A stretch of 63,233 nt of DNA, the filler included, from Octopus bimaculoides (taxonomy: Eukaryota), in assembly GCF_001194135.2 (NCBI RefSeq). It is 5 parts of 4 records of this genome, joined end to end, with 100 filler letters (N's around TTAATTAATTAA, not from the genome) between each part and the next. Parts side by side here need not be neighbours in the genome. Positions count along the whole stretch, not along the records: positions 1 to 13,393 come from NC_068991.1; positions 13,494 to 40,332 come from NC_068983.1; 3 more parts are not named here. The stretch is one strand, 5' to 3'. Positions 13,271-25,628 of the stretch are shown here, in pieces (within the stretch, counting starts at the first letter, position 1; every line of letters starts with the position of its first letter). Under the pieces are notes generated by a model. The model was not told where the DNA came from, did not search any database, and was given only the letters and a program-made list of their open reading frames with translations. A program made the translations under genes and the position numbers.

Positions 13271-13494
13271 CTTATGTATCCATTCTTACTATAATGTGAA
13301 TTCTAGCTCATGCTGAGCACTTCAACTCTAGCCCGTTTTTATGTATTGTTATATTAAAAATATATAACTTACAGCTTATATATATATATATATNNNNNNN
13401 NNNNNNNNNNNNNNNNNNNNNNNNNNNNNNNNNNNNNTTAATTAATTAANNNNNNNNNNNNNNNNNNNNNNNNNNNNNNNNNNNNNNNNNNNNT

Positions 13495-14230
13495 TTAACT
13501 AACATATTTACCATAATTACATTAAAATACCTTTAAATACTAAAGAATAAATTTACTCAATAAAATTGACATTTGGCTTCAACCACAGCCCCCACGTGAT
13601 TTAGGAAAATCCTCCACCTCTTCTGGACGGTTTCCCTGTTTCAGTTGTTGAACCTTGCTACAATCTTTGCCTTCATTTCATCCTTGTTGTTTCAACAAGT
13701 TTTCTTGGCATCTCGCTCAACTGCGCCTCCCGTACAATAATCAAGTGTGTTACAGTCTGGGAAATTAGGTAGCCAGATGTTAGGGGTGATGTAGTCGCAG
13801 AAATTATCTGATAGTCATGACTGGGTTCTCCTGCTTGTGTGAGATGGTTGCCAGACTTAAGGCATTCTAGCAGCCATTCTCTTGATCCAGGGTAGCACTA
13901 CCTGCTCCAGGCACTTAATCTAGGACTCTGTATTGAGTGTGAGGCCGTATGAGAAGATGAATGGGGAATAAGTTCGCCATCACTACTGATCACTCCAAAC
14001 CCCATATTGTTGATTGGCTGTTTGATTTTTTTTCACTCTCGGTACATGCCCTAAGATTAAACTGTGTTCACACCGATACCCAAACACTGCAATGTTCGTA
14101 TTGGCACTTCCAGCACGAATACCCAGCAGTACAGCATGTAAGTTCCAAATTTATGGCTGAGTGAATTGCGTCATGGTGCTGGTTTTCTCATAGACGGTGC
14201 CCAACTGACATTACTATAGTGTGTAGTCGA
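13495..14230 (-). mobile_element. Internally deleted, decayed Tc1/mariner transposon (maT/DD37D-like)
   Basis: Minus strand reads IWNLHAVLLGIRAGSANTN (N-terminus), then after a deletion IKQPINNMGFGVISSDG...VVLPWIKRMAA...SHTSRRTQS*LSDNFCDYITPNIWLPNFPDCNTLDY...KDEMKAKI...AVVEA. The second catalytic D is deleted in this copy, so DD37D is inferred from family recall. Confidence 0.85.
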
Positions 14231-14328
14231 CAAAATCAAAAACAAACAATGCGCATACCCGAAATTGAATATATAATATGGCAATAATTTACCCATCGCA
14301 ACCTATATATATATATAGAGAGAGAGAG

Positions 14329-14345
14329 ATATAGATAGATAGATC

Positions 14346-14409
<64 letters not shown>

Positions 14410-14410
14410 T
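14329..14410. repeat. (GATA)n microsatellite
   Basis: Direct reading. Confidence 0.95.
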
Positions 14411-15149
14411 GCGTATATATGTGTGTGTGTAAATATCATTCAATATACACAGTACAATGAGAAGAACAATTTATAGTTCCTTGCTCTGAAAACATGTGAC
14501 TAGGGAGGGTTTTAGAACGTACCAAAGAATCTTTCTGCTCCAAGTACATGATCTGTACCCTTTCAAAATCAGGACACTGGTGCATGAAATACCATGAAAT
14601 CAAAAATAAGAGAAAACGTTAAGGTTGGTGCAAAAATTGGATCGGTGAATAAAGATGGAAAAGGAGAAAATAAAATTAGAGTTACGCCCCGGTTCCACGT
14701 AGATACCATAATTAAAATAGTCGAATATTTCAAAGGGTAGGGCTCTGAATTCTCTGAGACACCTGCATAATCATCTGGAGTGGGAGTAGCTGTCCTCCAG
14801 TTACCCAAAATAAATTTGTTCACATGCTTGCCATCTGCTTAGAATTTTGAATATGGAATTAGGTAGTACAGTTGAATACTTCTAGAATTTTAGATGTAAG
14901 AATTCCACCTCTGTAGTTAATTTCAAATCCTCACTACTAAATTCCAAGTCTTGATCATTCTACGTTTAATAATTCAGACTGTATATCTCATTAGTGATAA
15001 TACCCTCAGGTTCGCTACTTGTATTCTAAATCTAACATCTCAATTTGGATTTTATTGTTTTCTTCATCCAATGCAAATATTGTTCACTGACAATGTTAAT
15101 TTAATTTTTATATCTAAACATAGAAAGTATTTATTCTTCTCTACGCGCT

Positions 15150-15530
15150 ACGTTGACTTTCAAATTCAGTATCACAGTAGTGATCGTATCTTATCTCATG
15201 TAAAAACCTCTGCCAACTCCCTTTTTGATGACAATAGAATGTGTCACTGTTATTTGTTGGGTGGTATGCATGATGTATTATGAACAATCATTTATTTTGC
15301 TTTCCAGTTCATGCAGCCCTTTCTTTGTACCCTTAAAATTGGCCATAATATAACATTTCCATGGCATATATATTGATTACTTTAATAATATTAACTATCA
15401 TCTGTTTCAAGGAACTTCCTAAACCTCCTTTTGTACTACTTTTAACATATTCTCTCACATTTCCTTTCCGAGTACATTAGTTATTTGCTGCATGCCTTAG
15501 TACTTGCACCCTTCCATCTCGTTCGGTCAT
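15150..15530 (-). mobile_element. Highly decayed R4/Dong-like non-LTR RT C-terminal fragment
   Basis: Minus-strand fragments GCKY*GMQ (YKYLG-like), NIIKVINIYAMEMLLYG (NLIKAINTYA-like) and IKKGVGRG (R..GGRGL-like), with many stops and frameshifts. Confidence 0.5.
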
Positions 15531-16479
15531 CTCAGATATCATCCTGTGGTTTCTTTAAGCCATGAAATTTCATCTTTCGCATTTTCTTCATAAATAATAC
15601 TGCGCGTAGACTCAGCCCGAATATAACATCGATAAGCCTTGTTAAGCATCCTTACTGCATGAAGCAAGAGTATCCAAGTTATTTTGATTTTTGGTGCACA
15701 GCTTAATGTCACTCTGATATAGCGTGCGATACATTGTTTATCCTCTATTCTTAAGCGCATAAGCACGGTTTATTCTCTCTATACTTCTCTAAGCGAAAAA
15801 AGAAAAAAGAAAAAAAGGCTATCTCAAAAATGAGAATATTTTCTCGTTGAAATATTTTTCCTCCGGAATTTTTGTATTTGTCAATGATTCATATCACAAT
15901 TTAGTTCTACATCTCTCGATCGCTTTCCTAAGAAAACTGTTATTATTCTCATAAACAACGAGGGTTCTCAAGTCCTACAAAAACTAATATTGCCGTGCAT
16001 TATGATATGCTGTCTTTTAGAGTTTTCAACTAACGACGAATTCGTTTCTTTCTTATTCGCACTTCACTTTGTATCATTCAATCGACATACAATAGATAAT
16101 CACTTCAATTTGTTTTCTTTCTCCATCACACATATGCTTCTTGTAACAATTTCGCTTTCTCCAGTAAACTAAGTAAACTTTACAAATCTTCGATCATAAT
16201 AATTTGCAATTTCCATACTTATGCTAAGCATATAATAGTATATAATTACATCCTGCTTTCTTTATTTGTCAGTATTAATGCTGTTCTTTCATAAGTTATC
16301 CATACCTGTGAATCGCTTCCCACACAACCAAAAGAAGGTGACAGTATATAATTGTACATACTTTTCAAATTTTGAAGACTGAAGATCATTTGTTCAAAAA
16401 GCTTCACATATCCGTAGATTTTTAAGCATTAAAATATAATACATATGTACGTACGTAAATAAATACATACATAGGATAA

Positions 16480-17132
16480 CACAGAGGACAAGGATATAAG
16501 AACCCACTGTATGGTAGACGGCATAGCCACTCATAATAAAAAAGGTTACTGTTAGAATGTCCCTCTGAAGGCCTCAATAAAATGTAAGCACAACAGACCT
16601 GATATGATGATTTGTAATAGAAAAGGGAAATTGTGTAGTGTTGCCCGGCGGATATTAACATAAAGGTGAAAATCACTGAAAAAGAGAATACGTACGCTGA
16701 ACGATTAAGAAATCTGCAGTTACTCTATCCAAATTACAATTTCAGGTTAATACCAGTAATTATTGAGAAACTGGAATATGTAACACACTGCATAAATACC
16801 AATCTTGAGAAATTAGGTTTCTCAAAAAGGAGAATGGAGGAAGCTGATTCGAAAACTACAGATCGAATCAATCACTGGAACTGTAAATATCTGTAAAAAC
16901 ATTCCAGAAGTTTGTCATTTAAATATATATGAGCGTGTCTAGATATGTAACTATATGCATGAGAATACATACGTAAAACAAAACATACAAATCTGCACAT
17001 ATACGTACGTACGTACATACATACATACATACAAAAAATACAAAAATACCGTGACGTTGATGTTGAAAATTCAATAAAAGAACCTTGGATCTAGGTTAGA
17101 AACCGGCTCTTTCTCTATTGGCAAGATAACTT
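16480..17132 (+). mobile_element. 3' end of an RLE-endonuclease non-LTR retrotransposon (R4/NeSL-type) with 3' UTR
   Basis: KCKHNRPDMMI...PADINIKVKITEKENTYAE.LRNLQLLYPNYNFRLIPVII...LEKLGF is a PD-(D/E)xK-type restriction-like endonuclease, frameshifted. A gap follows. Confidence 0.8.
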
Positions 17133-17614
17133 NNNNNNNNNNNNNNNNNNNNNNNNNNNNNNNNNNNNNNNNNNNNNNNNNNNNNNNNNNNNNNNNNNNN
17201 NNNNNNNNNNNNNNNNNNNNNNNNNNNNNNNNNNNNNNNNNNNNNNNNNNNNNNNNNNNNNNNNNNNNNNNNNNNNNNNNNNNNNNNNNNNNNNNNNNNN
17301 NNNNNNNNNNNNNNNNNNNNNNNNNNNNNNNNNNNNNNNNNNNNNNNNNNNNNNNNNNNNNNNNNNNNNNNNNNNNNNNNNNNNNNNNNNNNNNNNNNNN
17401 NNNNNNNNNNNNNNNNNNNNNNNNNNNNNNNNNNNNNNNNNNNNNNNNNNNNNNNNNNNNNNNNNNNNNNNNNNNNNNNNNNNNNNNNNNNNNNNNNNNN
17501 NNNNNNNNNNNNNNNNNNNNNNNNNNNNNNNNNNNNNNNNNNNNNNNNNNNNNNNNNNNNNNNNNNNNNNNNNNNNNNNNNNNNNNNNNNNNNNNNNNNN
17601 NNNNNNNNNNNNNN

Positions 17615-17720
17615 GTAACGCTGCGATGGTCTGGCGTCCCGTCCAGCTGGGAGCAAATACGCCACAGAAACCGGGAAACCGGGACCATGAGCCTGGCTTG
17701 GCTTTAAAAAGGGCACATTT
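17615..17720 (+). mobile_element. SINE family B 3' part (after gap)
   Basis: ctgcgatggtctggcgtcccgtccagctgg...gaaaccgggaaaccggg...aagggcacattt matches 22660-22765. Confidence 0.85.
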
Positions 17721-17984
17721 ATATATATATATATTTCGACAATTATATTTATATATATAATTGCCGATATGTAATTGTAAGATCCACGGTCTAAGTGTAA
17801 GAAGTTTGGGGGCTTTGAACAGTCAGTGTTAGATATAAAAAAAAACCAATGTTCAGGAACAATAATATTTCATTGGCGTTGAACGCTGTAGACTTTTTCC
17901 ATATCAAAGTTCTATAAGTTCCAAATAGTTTCATATTGCTCAAAGGTAGCAAGAAGTGTTGTTATGAATGCAAATAAAAATCGA

Positions 17985-18884
17985 AATTGAGGGAGTGGAA
18001 CTGGTAAAATCAAGGCTATATATGTTTCCTAGCTTGAAAATTCTCTGATGTAATAATTACTCAACGAGGAGTACTCAGTTAGCACTCATGAGGCCGAAAG
18101 CAAATTACATCTTCGGTGAGTTATCTTGGAATTCTCTAACGACAATGTAACCTTCGTATAATTAAGGCATCTAAGGCAACGATCTGGCAGAAACGTTAGC
18201 ACGCCGGGCGAAATGCTTAACGGTATTTCGTCTGCCGTTACGTTCTGAGTTCATTCCGCCAAGGTCGACTTTGCCTTTCATCCTTTCGGGGTCGATAAAT
18301 TAAGTACCAGTTACGCACTGGGGTCGATAAAATCGACTTAATCCGTTTGTCTGTCCTTGTTTGTCACCTCTGTGTGTAGCCTCTTGTGGGCAGTAAAGAA
18401 ATAGGTATTTCGTCTGCCGCAACGTTGTGAGTTCAAATTCGACCGAGGTCGACTTTACCTTTCATCAGTTCGGGGTCGATTAAATAAGTACGAGTTACGC
18501 ACTGGGGTTGATGTAATCGAACTAATCAGTCTGTCCCCTCTGTGTGTAGCCCCTTCTGGGTAGTAAAGAAATAAGAAACGCCAAGCGAAATGCTTAGCGG
18601 TATTTCATCTGTCTTTACGTTCTGAGTTAAAATTTCGCCGAGGTCGTCTTTGCGTTTCTTTCTCTCGGTATCGATAAATTAAGTACTAGTTGAGTACTGA
18701 GGTCGATCTAATCGACTGGTTCGCTTCTCAGAAATTTCGGGCCTTGTGCCTAGAGTAGAAAAAAATACTTGAGGTAGCTACTCTGTATGAATTACTATCT
18801 GAGTACTCCTCGTTGAGTTATTATTACATCTGTAAGATAGGAAACATATGTAGCCTGTATTTTACCTGTTCCTCTCCCTCAATT
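17985..18884. repeat. Inverted repeat arms (17985-18078 and 18799-18884) around a SINE trimer
   Basis: 32-bp core gatgtaataattactcaacgaggagtactcag (18047-18078) versus 18799-18830 with 1 mismatch. Similarity extends outward to aattgagggag. Confidence 0.85.
18175..18765 (+). mobile_element. Head-to-tail trimer of SINE family A
   Basis: Units 18175-18403, 18404-18573 and 18574-18765 each carry the core. Units 1 and 2 end in tail ...gtgtgtagcc..gtaaagaaata; unit 3 ends in ...ggccttgtgcctagagtagaaaa. Confidence 0.9.
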
Positions 18885-19942
18885 GGGATCCTGCTTCAAT
18901 GTTTCCAATATAACCTCCTGATGTCCGTTCATATTGTTAAGCGTTTAATAAAGTTTCATTTCATTGTTTCAGTAGATTTTTTTTCTCGTATATTCACATT
19001 TCTTGGCATCTCATAATTTTATTCGTTTTTAATTTTTATTTCCTATCTCCTTTTATCAACTTGTACATTGCCGCGTCGTATGTTATATCGTATTTAAAGC
19101 TTGTCCTAATGACTTTCACCATTTTGTCTTCAATGATAGCATTTAATCAAGATTACTTTGGGGCTGATCTTAATTCTGAAGTCGCTTCTGTCCGATGGAT
19201 ATTTCTGTTTCTTTTTAATGCATTTGCTTTTGTTTATATTTAATCCAGTCTGCTTACTTCTTTTGGTGGCCTTTCATTTTCAAATTCCTTTCAAACTTGG
19301 TAATTTCATCTTTTTTCTTGTTTTCTTCAAAAATAAGATAAGCACATGTTCTCTTTCGTAATATTCTTTCCTTCCATTAAGTTAAATTAATGTTAATATT
19401 CACTACAACTATTACTACATTTGTGTTGATAATTACATCGAGCTTTCTGCTATTCCTCCTTAAATTTCCTTTCCCTACGTATACATACTCTCTATCTGTC
19501 ACACTTATGAAGATTATTTTTAGCTTCATAAATTAGCCATAGTTTTATCGATAGTTTTTTATCCTCGTATTCAGGAACAGGGAATGTATCCGAGTTCATA
19601 TTGTCAGAATTCTTTTTCTATATCTGCAAAGTATTATTATATAGTTGTTCAAGATTTGGTAGTTTGAGGCAAATTTTTACTGTATTACCTGCAACGCCTC
19701 CGTGTTACTGGGGTGTGTCTAGCATTATGTGATCTTTTCTGTTGTTGAGAGTGCGCAAACTCTTCCTGGTATTGTATTGCGTTATTTTTTGCCCTTTAGG
19801 TGTGGTGCAGTCTTTTGTTGTACAGCATGTGTATTGAGTATGTAATGCGTTGGTCCTCTGTCTGGCTGGTAGAAGTTTATTTCACTGATAATTGTCATTT
19901 AGAGTCTGCCTTGTGTTTGTGGGTTGCTTTGTCTACGTTGTA

Positions 19943-20030
19943 TTATTGAATTGATAGTGTCATGCGTAGAATGTTGGCTGTTCCTAGCAGAACTATATTT
20001 TGAATAGTGTGTAGTGTTGCGGATCCGAGA
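19943..20030 (-). mobile_element. Extreme 3' ORF end of another R4-like LINE
   Basis: Minus strand (I)VLLGTANILRMTLSIQ*, homologous to the ORF end at 20372. Confidence 0.55.
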
Positions 20031-20084
20031 ATATCTTCAATGTTTTTTTTATTGTTATTATTATACTTATTATCATTATTTTCA

Positions 20085-21000
20085 TTAGTCGCTTGTTTCA
20101 ATTCTGTTTACATTTCTTGCTGAGTGTCTTCCTGACACTAGAACAGAGAAACGTATTTATACATTGGTAGGTCGTTAAAACAAACATACCAAATTGTTTG
20201 TTTACGTAGTCATGTGATAGAGATAAAAGAGAAGTCACAGAAAAAAGGTAAAAATTAAAAATATTATTATTCTGACAGACTCTCGGATAGTTCTCAATTA
20301 CCGGTTGTTCTTTACTTGAAAGCAGGCAGTAAAATATTACCAAAGGTTTCAAGTAGTGCCTTTCCTCCGACTCAAAGAGACAATACTCTCCTTAGAATGC
20401 GAGCTGTACACAACAATACTGTCTCCTGGATCACTTCGAGCCTGACAGCAGCACCAATATTCTTAATATGATTTTCAAAGCTCATGGAAACTGCTGCTAA
20501 TGCTCCACTTACCACCGGTATCACCATTACTTTCCTTATGCCCAATTATTTACATATATTGTCCCGGAGTGGCTGGTATTTTTCACCCTTTTTTCTATCC
20601 TTACATTTCACGCTCGAATCGGCTGGTATTGCAACATCTATTATCTTTGCTTCTCTTTCATCTTTATGGAGGATCACGCCTCTATCACTTCGTCGCACTG
20701 TATGTTAAAATCCCAGAGTATTTTGTAATGTTTTTTTTTTCCATTACACCTTCTGGCTTATGTTCAGACCATTGTTCGGCTCTTTCGAGGTTTCCTTTTC
20801 CGCACAACAGCCAGTGGACATAACTGGCCACATTGTCGTGTCTCCTTTTGTATTCGCGTTGTGCGTGCTTACAGCACTCAGTGACAATATGGTTTATATT
20901 ATCTCCCTTCCCAGAGCACATCCTACACTGTGGCGATTCAGTGGTTTTATCAATGTGATATCTGGTTTGTTCTGAGAGCTAGTCCTTCAGCGCTGCACAC
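20085..21000 (-). mobile_element. 5'-truncated R4/Dong-like non-LTR retrotransposon (CCHC finger + RLE endonuclease + 3' UTR)
   Basis: YHIDKTTESPQCRMCSGKGDNINHIVTECCKHAQREYKRRHDNVASYVHWLLC...EHKPEGV, then after a frameshift RRDPP.R.EK..IIDVAIPAD...PVVVGALAAVSMSFENHIKNIGAAVRLEVIQETVLLCTARILRRVLSL* (stop 20372-20374). Confidence 0.9.
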
Positions 21001-21002
21001 TA

Positions 21003-21281
<279 letters not shown>

Positions 21282-21284
21282 GTA

Positions 21285-21460
21285 CCAAGTGGCAAAATCG
21301 TGAGCACGCCGGGCAAAATGTTTAGTGGCACTTTCTCCGTCTTTTCGTTGGTTTTCATCGTTTTGAGGTCGATAAAATAGCAGTTAAACACCGGATTCGA
21401 TGTAATCGTCTAGCTCCCGCCGTAAAATTTTACGCCCGTGCCTGTAGTATAAAAGATCAT
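21285..21460 (+). mobile_element. Degraded SINE family A
   Basis: tggcaaaatcgtgagcacgccgggcaaaatg head, partly deleted core, gtgcctgtagtataaaag tail. Confidence 0.7.
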
Positions 21461-22320
21461 TATTATTATTAATATGAGCACAATCATCATAATTATCATA
21501 ATCATTAGGTTTTCAATTATTTCTTCTGTACCACTATATGTGCCTTACTTTTGTCAATGTTTATGTAGAATTAACCTTGACGGTCTAACAATACGTTGGT
21601 AATCTTCATCGTTTTATTACTGGTATACGATTTGAATTGTTGTTCCAAGTCTACATTTATGGTTTTGTATCTTGCACGTTATTAGTAGTTGGGAGATGTT
21701 GTTTCCAGACCTCTTCGGAAGTGAAGTATATATTTGAACTGCAAATTTTCTTCCTTGCTGCCGATTTGCTTATATACATTTATGTAGACGGTATAGTTAT
21801 ATACATTTATGTAGAAAGCTTATCAATTTAAACCGAAGCCATGAACAGTTATAGTTGCGACTATAGATTGCAGTGAGACGATGTCGTACAGACCTAATAT
21901 CGTATGCTTTCAAATTATTGTGTATTATCCTGCATCAAATGATCAGCATGCCAAGCATGATTGATGTCAATTAAAATATGCACCATTCTAACCACAGCGC
22001 AATTCTAGAAAATATAGCTGCCATTAGTGTTTTAGAAGAGCAAGAATGAGAACTTTACTGCAGATAATAGCTATAGAATCTCGAATTCATGAGGACCGTC
22101 ATCAAATTAAGTTTATCTTCCCAGTGTTTCAGGAATTTACGTCTAATATTATGCACATTGAACTTTGTCTACAACAAAGTTTGCGATAAGTAACGCTACG
22201 ACTTAAATATTTCTGCGTTTATTGTTGTTAGTAACAGAAGTAACGATGATAGTTGCAAAATATGCTGCATATACACTTGTGCTACAATAGAAACTACTAC
22301 TACAAAAACAACAACAACAG

Positions 22321-22393
<73 letters not shown>

Positions 22394-22510
22394 GNNNNNN
22401 NNNNTACGATGACGACGACGACCTTCGACGACTACTATTACCACCAACAATTTAAAACACTCAACGGTAAAATTTCAACTTGGAAATTTTACCGGTGAGT
22501 GTGTTAAATT

Positions 22511-22775
22511 GTGGAGGCGCGTGAGTTAGTGGTTAGGGCGTCAGCTTCATGATCATAAGATTGTGGTTTCGATTCCTGGACCAGGCGATGCGTTGTGTTC
22601 TTGAGCAAAACACTTCATTTCACGTTGCTCCAGTCCACTCAGCTGGCAAATATGAGTAACGCTGCGCTGGACTGGGGTCCGATCCAGCTGCGGAACACAT
22701 ACGCCATTGAAACCGGGAAACCGGGCACATGAGACTGGCAAGGCTTTAAAAGGGCGCATTTATTATTTTATATAT
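22511..22775 (+). mobile_element. Full-length tRNA-head SINE family B with 11-bp TSD
   Basis: A-box-like gagttagtggtta, B-box-like ggtttcgattcc, CORE-like tgttcttgagcaaaacacttcattt. TSD tgtgttaaatt at 22500-22510 and 22776-22786. Confidence 0.92.
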
Positions 22776-23647
22776 TGTGTTAAATTATGAGGCACTAAAA
22801 GAGAATGACTCTCCCCAGACACAACAGAATATGGTTCAGCACACAAACTCGCATAAAGAGATCCCAAACGAAATCCCCAANNNNNNNNNNNNNNNNNNNN
22901 NNNNNNNNNNNNNNNNNNNNNNNNNNNNNNNNNNNNNNNNNNNNNNNNNNNNNNNNNNNNNNNNNNNNNNNNNNNNNNNNNNNNNNNNNNNNNNNNNNNN
23001 NNNNNNNNNNNNNNNNNNNNNNNNNNNNNNNNNNNNNNNNNNNNNNNNNNNNNNNNNNNNNNNNNNNNNNNNNNNNNNNNNNNNNNNNNNNNNNNNNNNN
23101 NNNNNNNNNNNNNNNNNNNNNNNNNNNNNNNNNNNNNNNNNNNNNNNNNNNNNNNNNNNNNNNNNNNNNNNNNNNNNNNNNNNNNNNNNNNNNNNNNNNN
23201 NNNNNNNNNNNNNNNNNNNNNNNNNNNNNNNNNNNNNNNNNNNNNNNNNNNNNNNNNNNNNNNNNNNNNNNNNNNNNNNNNNNNNNNNNNNNNNNNNNNN
23301 NNNNNNNNNNNNNNNNNNNNNNNNNNNNNNNNNNNNNNNNNNNNNNNNNNNNNNNNNNNNNNNNNNNNNNNNNNNNNNNNNNNNNNNNNNNNNNNNNNNN
23401 NNNNNNNNNNNNNNNNNNNNNNNNNNNNNNNNNNNNNNNNNNNNNNNNNNNNNNNNNNNNNNNNNNNNNNNNNNNNNNNNNNNNNNNNNNNNNNNNNNNN
23501 NNNNNNNNNNNNNNNNNNNNNNNNNNNNNNNNNNNNNNNNNNNNNNNNNNNNNNNNNNNNNNNNNNNNNNNNNNNNNNNNNNNNNNNNNNNNNNNNNNNN
23601 NNNNNNNNNNNNNNNNNNNNNNNNNNNNNNNNNNNNNNNNNNNNNNN

Positions 23648-23693
<46 letters not shown>

Positions 23694-23699
23694 CACATA

Positions 23700-23835
23700 T
23701 ATGGGAGAATGTACGAAAAAAAACAACAGACGAGGACAGGTGGTGTAAACAACAAAAGGATGTATTAGTATGACGCTCGGGAAAATGGAAATTCTTTAAC
23801 GTTTTGAGCTACGCTCTTCAACAGAAAGAATATGT
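23700..23835 (-). mobile_element. Repeat terminus (putative PLE pLTR end); second copy at 62058-62175
   Basis: aaaaacaacagacgaggacaggtggtgtaaacaacaa...tattagtatgacgctcggg...ttttgagctacgctcttcaacagaaag is shared with 62058-62175. Both copies abut gaps or microsatellites. Confidence 0.65.
23793..23829 (-). ncRNA. Minimal hammerhead-like variant (CUGUUGA core), G12 lost
   Basis: TCTTT CTGTTGA A GAGC GTA GCTC AAAA CGT T AAAGA: 5-bp stem I, 4-bp stem II, palindromic ACGT stem III. Confidence 0.5.
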
Positions 23836-24001
23836 GTGTGCGTGAGCTTCTATCTCTATATATTTGTGTGTGTACATATATATGTACAACCAGTGAAAGA
23901 GAAGGTATGGAGAGAAGGAGGAAGAAATTGTGTGATAGAGATCTTGATTGGACAAAATAGCTCTATACGTACGTATCTTTGTGTCTATAAAAAAGTAAAT
24001 G

Positions 24002-24003
<2 letters not shown>

Positions 24004-24098
<95 letters not shown>
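24004..24098. repeat. (AG)n microsatellite
   Basis: Direct reading. Confidence 0.95.
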
Positions 24099-24100
<2 letters not shown>

Positions 24101-24419
24101 CAGAATATTTGATCGTAACTTGTTGGCCAGCGTGATTTCAAGGGGAATTGAACGAAAAGGGTTTAGTTGAAGCTACTTATCTTAGTAGTGATTGATTTCC
24201 TGACAGATCAGCAGTACGATAACATGGATAATTCAACTGGCTAGAAAATATACAAACGATCAACCAAAACCATCTGTAATATTTCATGCGAAACTTGTCA
24301 CATCACATGATCCGGTATGCTGAAGCTATTCAAATACATTCACGGTCAATATTGTAATCAACATAATTATCGCCATAACAACGTTATTCATAGTATGTAT
24401 TCCTGTTATATTCAAGCAG

Positions 24420-24940
24420 ACAACGACGACTGCGACGACGAAAACGGCGACGGCGATGATGATTATGATAATGATGACGATGATTATGATGATGAGAATG
24501 ATGATGATGATGGTGACGATGATGATGATGATGACGATGATGGTGGTCCTGGAGGAGGTGGTGGCGGAAGTGATGCCTACGATCACCTACGATCACCACC
24601 ATTAGTATTAGGAGTAGCTAAATCGAGCATATCTTGATCCTCAGGATCATAACGATCTATCAAATCCCTTTCCTCATCCTCATCCCTTCACCCTCCTCGT
24701 CGTCCTCCTCCACCTTCCTTCATACTCTTACTCCTTCCTTCACCCTCCTCCTTCCTTCATTCTCCTTCTTCCTTCACCCTCCTCCTTCCTTCGTTCTCCT
24801 CCTTCCTTCACCCTCCTCTTATTCCTCCATCTTGTATTTCACCTCTTACTCATCATCATCATCATCGTCATTATCATCCATCATTCAGCATCAATATCAA
24901 TGGTAGCAGCATAACCATTACCACCAACGACTCAACCAAC
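24420..24940. repeat. Low-complexity (GAT)n / (CCT)n / (CAT)n region
   Basis: Direct reading; degenerate trinucleotide tracts. Confidence 0.85.
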
Positions 24941-25184
24941 ACCACAAACACCAACACTGCGTCTGTCTCGCCGTCCATCATTCTCATAATTAGCATTTGA
25001 AATTTGAGAAACGCCATCAGCAAAAACACATTATAACAAACTAGCGACACAAATGATGCACCTGTCATAGCAATGCTGAAACATGTGACATATTTCACGC
25101 TGTAACCATGGACACTATGGAATCTGTGTTTAGTGAGGAATAGGAAATGTCGTAAAGGGATGTAAGACGCTATAATGACCATGG

Positions 25185-25600
25185 TGTGACCTTGCGAAAC
25201 TGCATCGAAGGACTTTCAGCCCAGGATCTATGGACAACTTCCAGAGGTCCCTGGCTTGGCTGTGCTTTCGAATTGCCTTGCCAGTTCAGGATAAACGCGC
25301 GTGGAACGGCTTCACGTTTTCGCCAACGTATCCACATTGCGGGTAGAACAACGAAACTATAGTGAATGCAATCGTACAGTGTCCGAGTCTCTCAGACCTG
25401 TGGGTTTCTACCGAGCGGGTACTGTCACAGATGGGGAGAGGAAAGCTGTCATCAGCCGAATCGATTATTAAGATCGTTCCACCGTCTCCTCTAAAAGGAG
25501 AAGAGAAATTCTGTTTTCTAGCCGTAATAGCTATAGCGAAAGAGGCGATATGGAAGATGCGTGGAAAAGGTTTCACACCAAGCACTTTCGTCTCCGGGCT
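25185..25600 (+). mobile_element. L1/Tx1-type LINE ORF2 C-terminal (zf-RVT-like) fragment
   Basis: FQRSLAWLCFRIALPVQDK...SPTYPHCG*NNETIVNAIVQCPSLSDLWVSTERVLS...FLAVIAIAKEAIW is a decayed CxxC..ET..H...C finger. Confidence 0.75.
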
Positions 25601-25628
25601 TGTTTTAGTTAGGCATTAGAGGCAGATG

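Noticed and set aside
13438-13449. TTAATTAATTAA embedded in N runs (also at about 40377, 56045 and 60581)
   Set aside because: Identical 12-mer centred in gaps with stops in all frames; most likely a scaffolding linker, not biology.
18083-18115. CTCATGAGGCCGAAAGC resembling an HHR core
   Set aside because: G5 is absent and there is no stem III/UH or stem I pairing.
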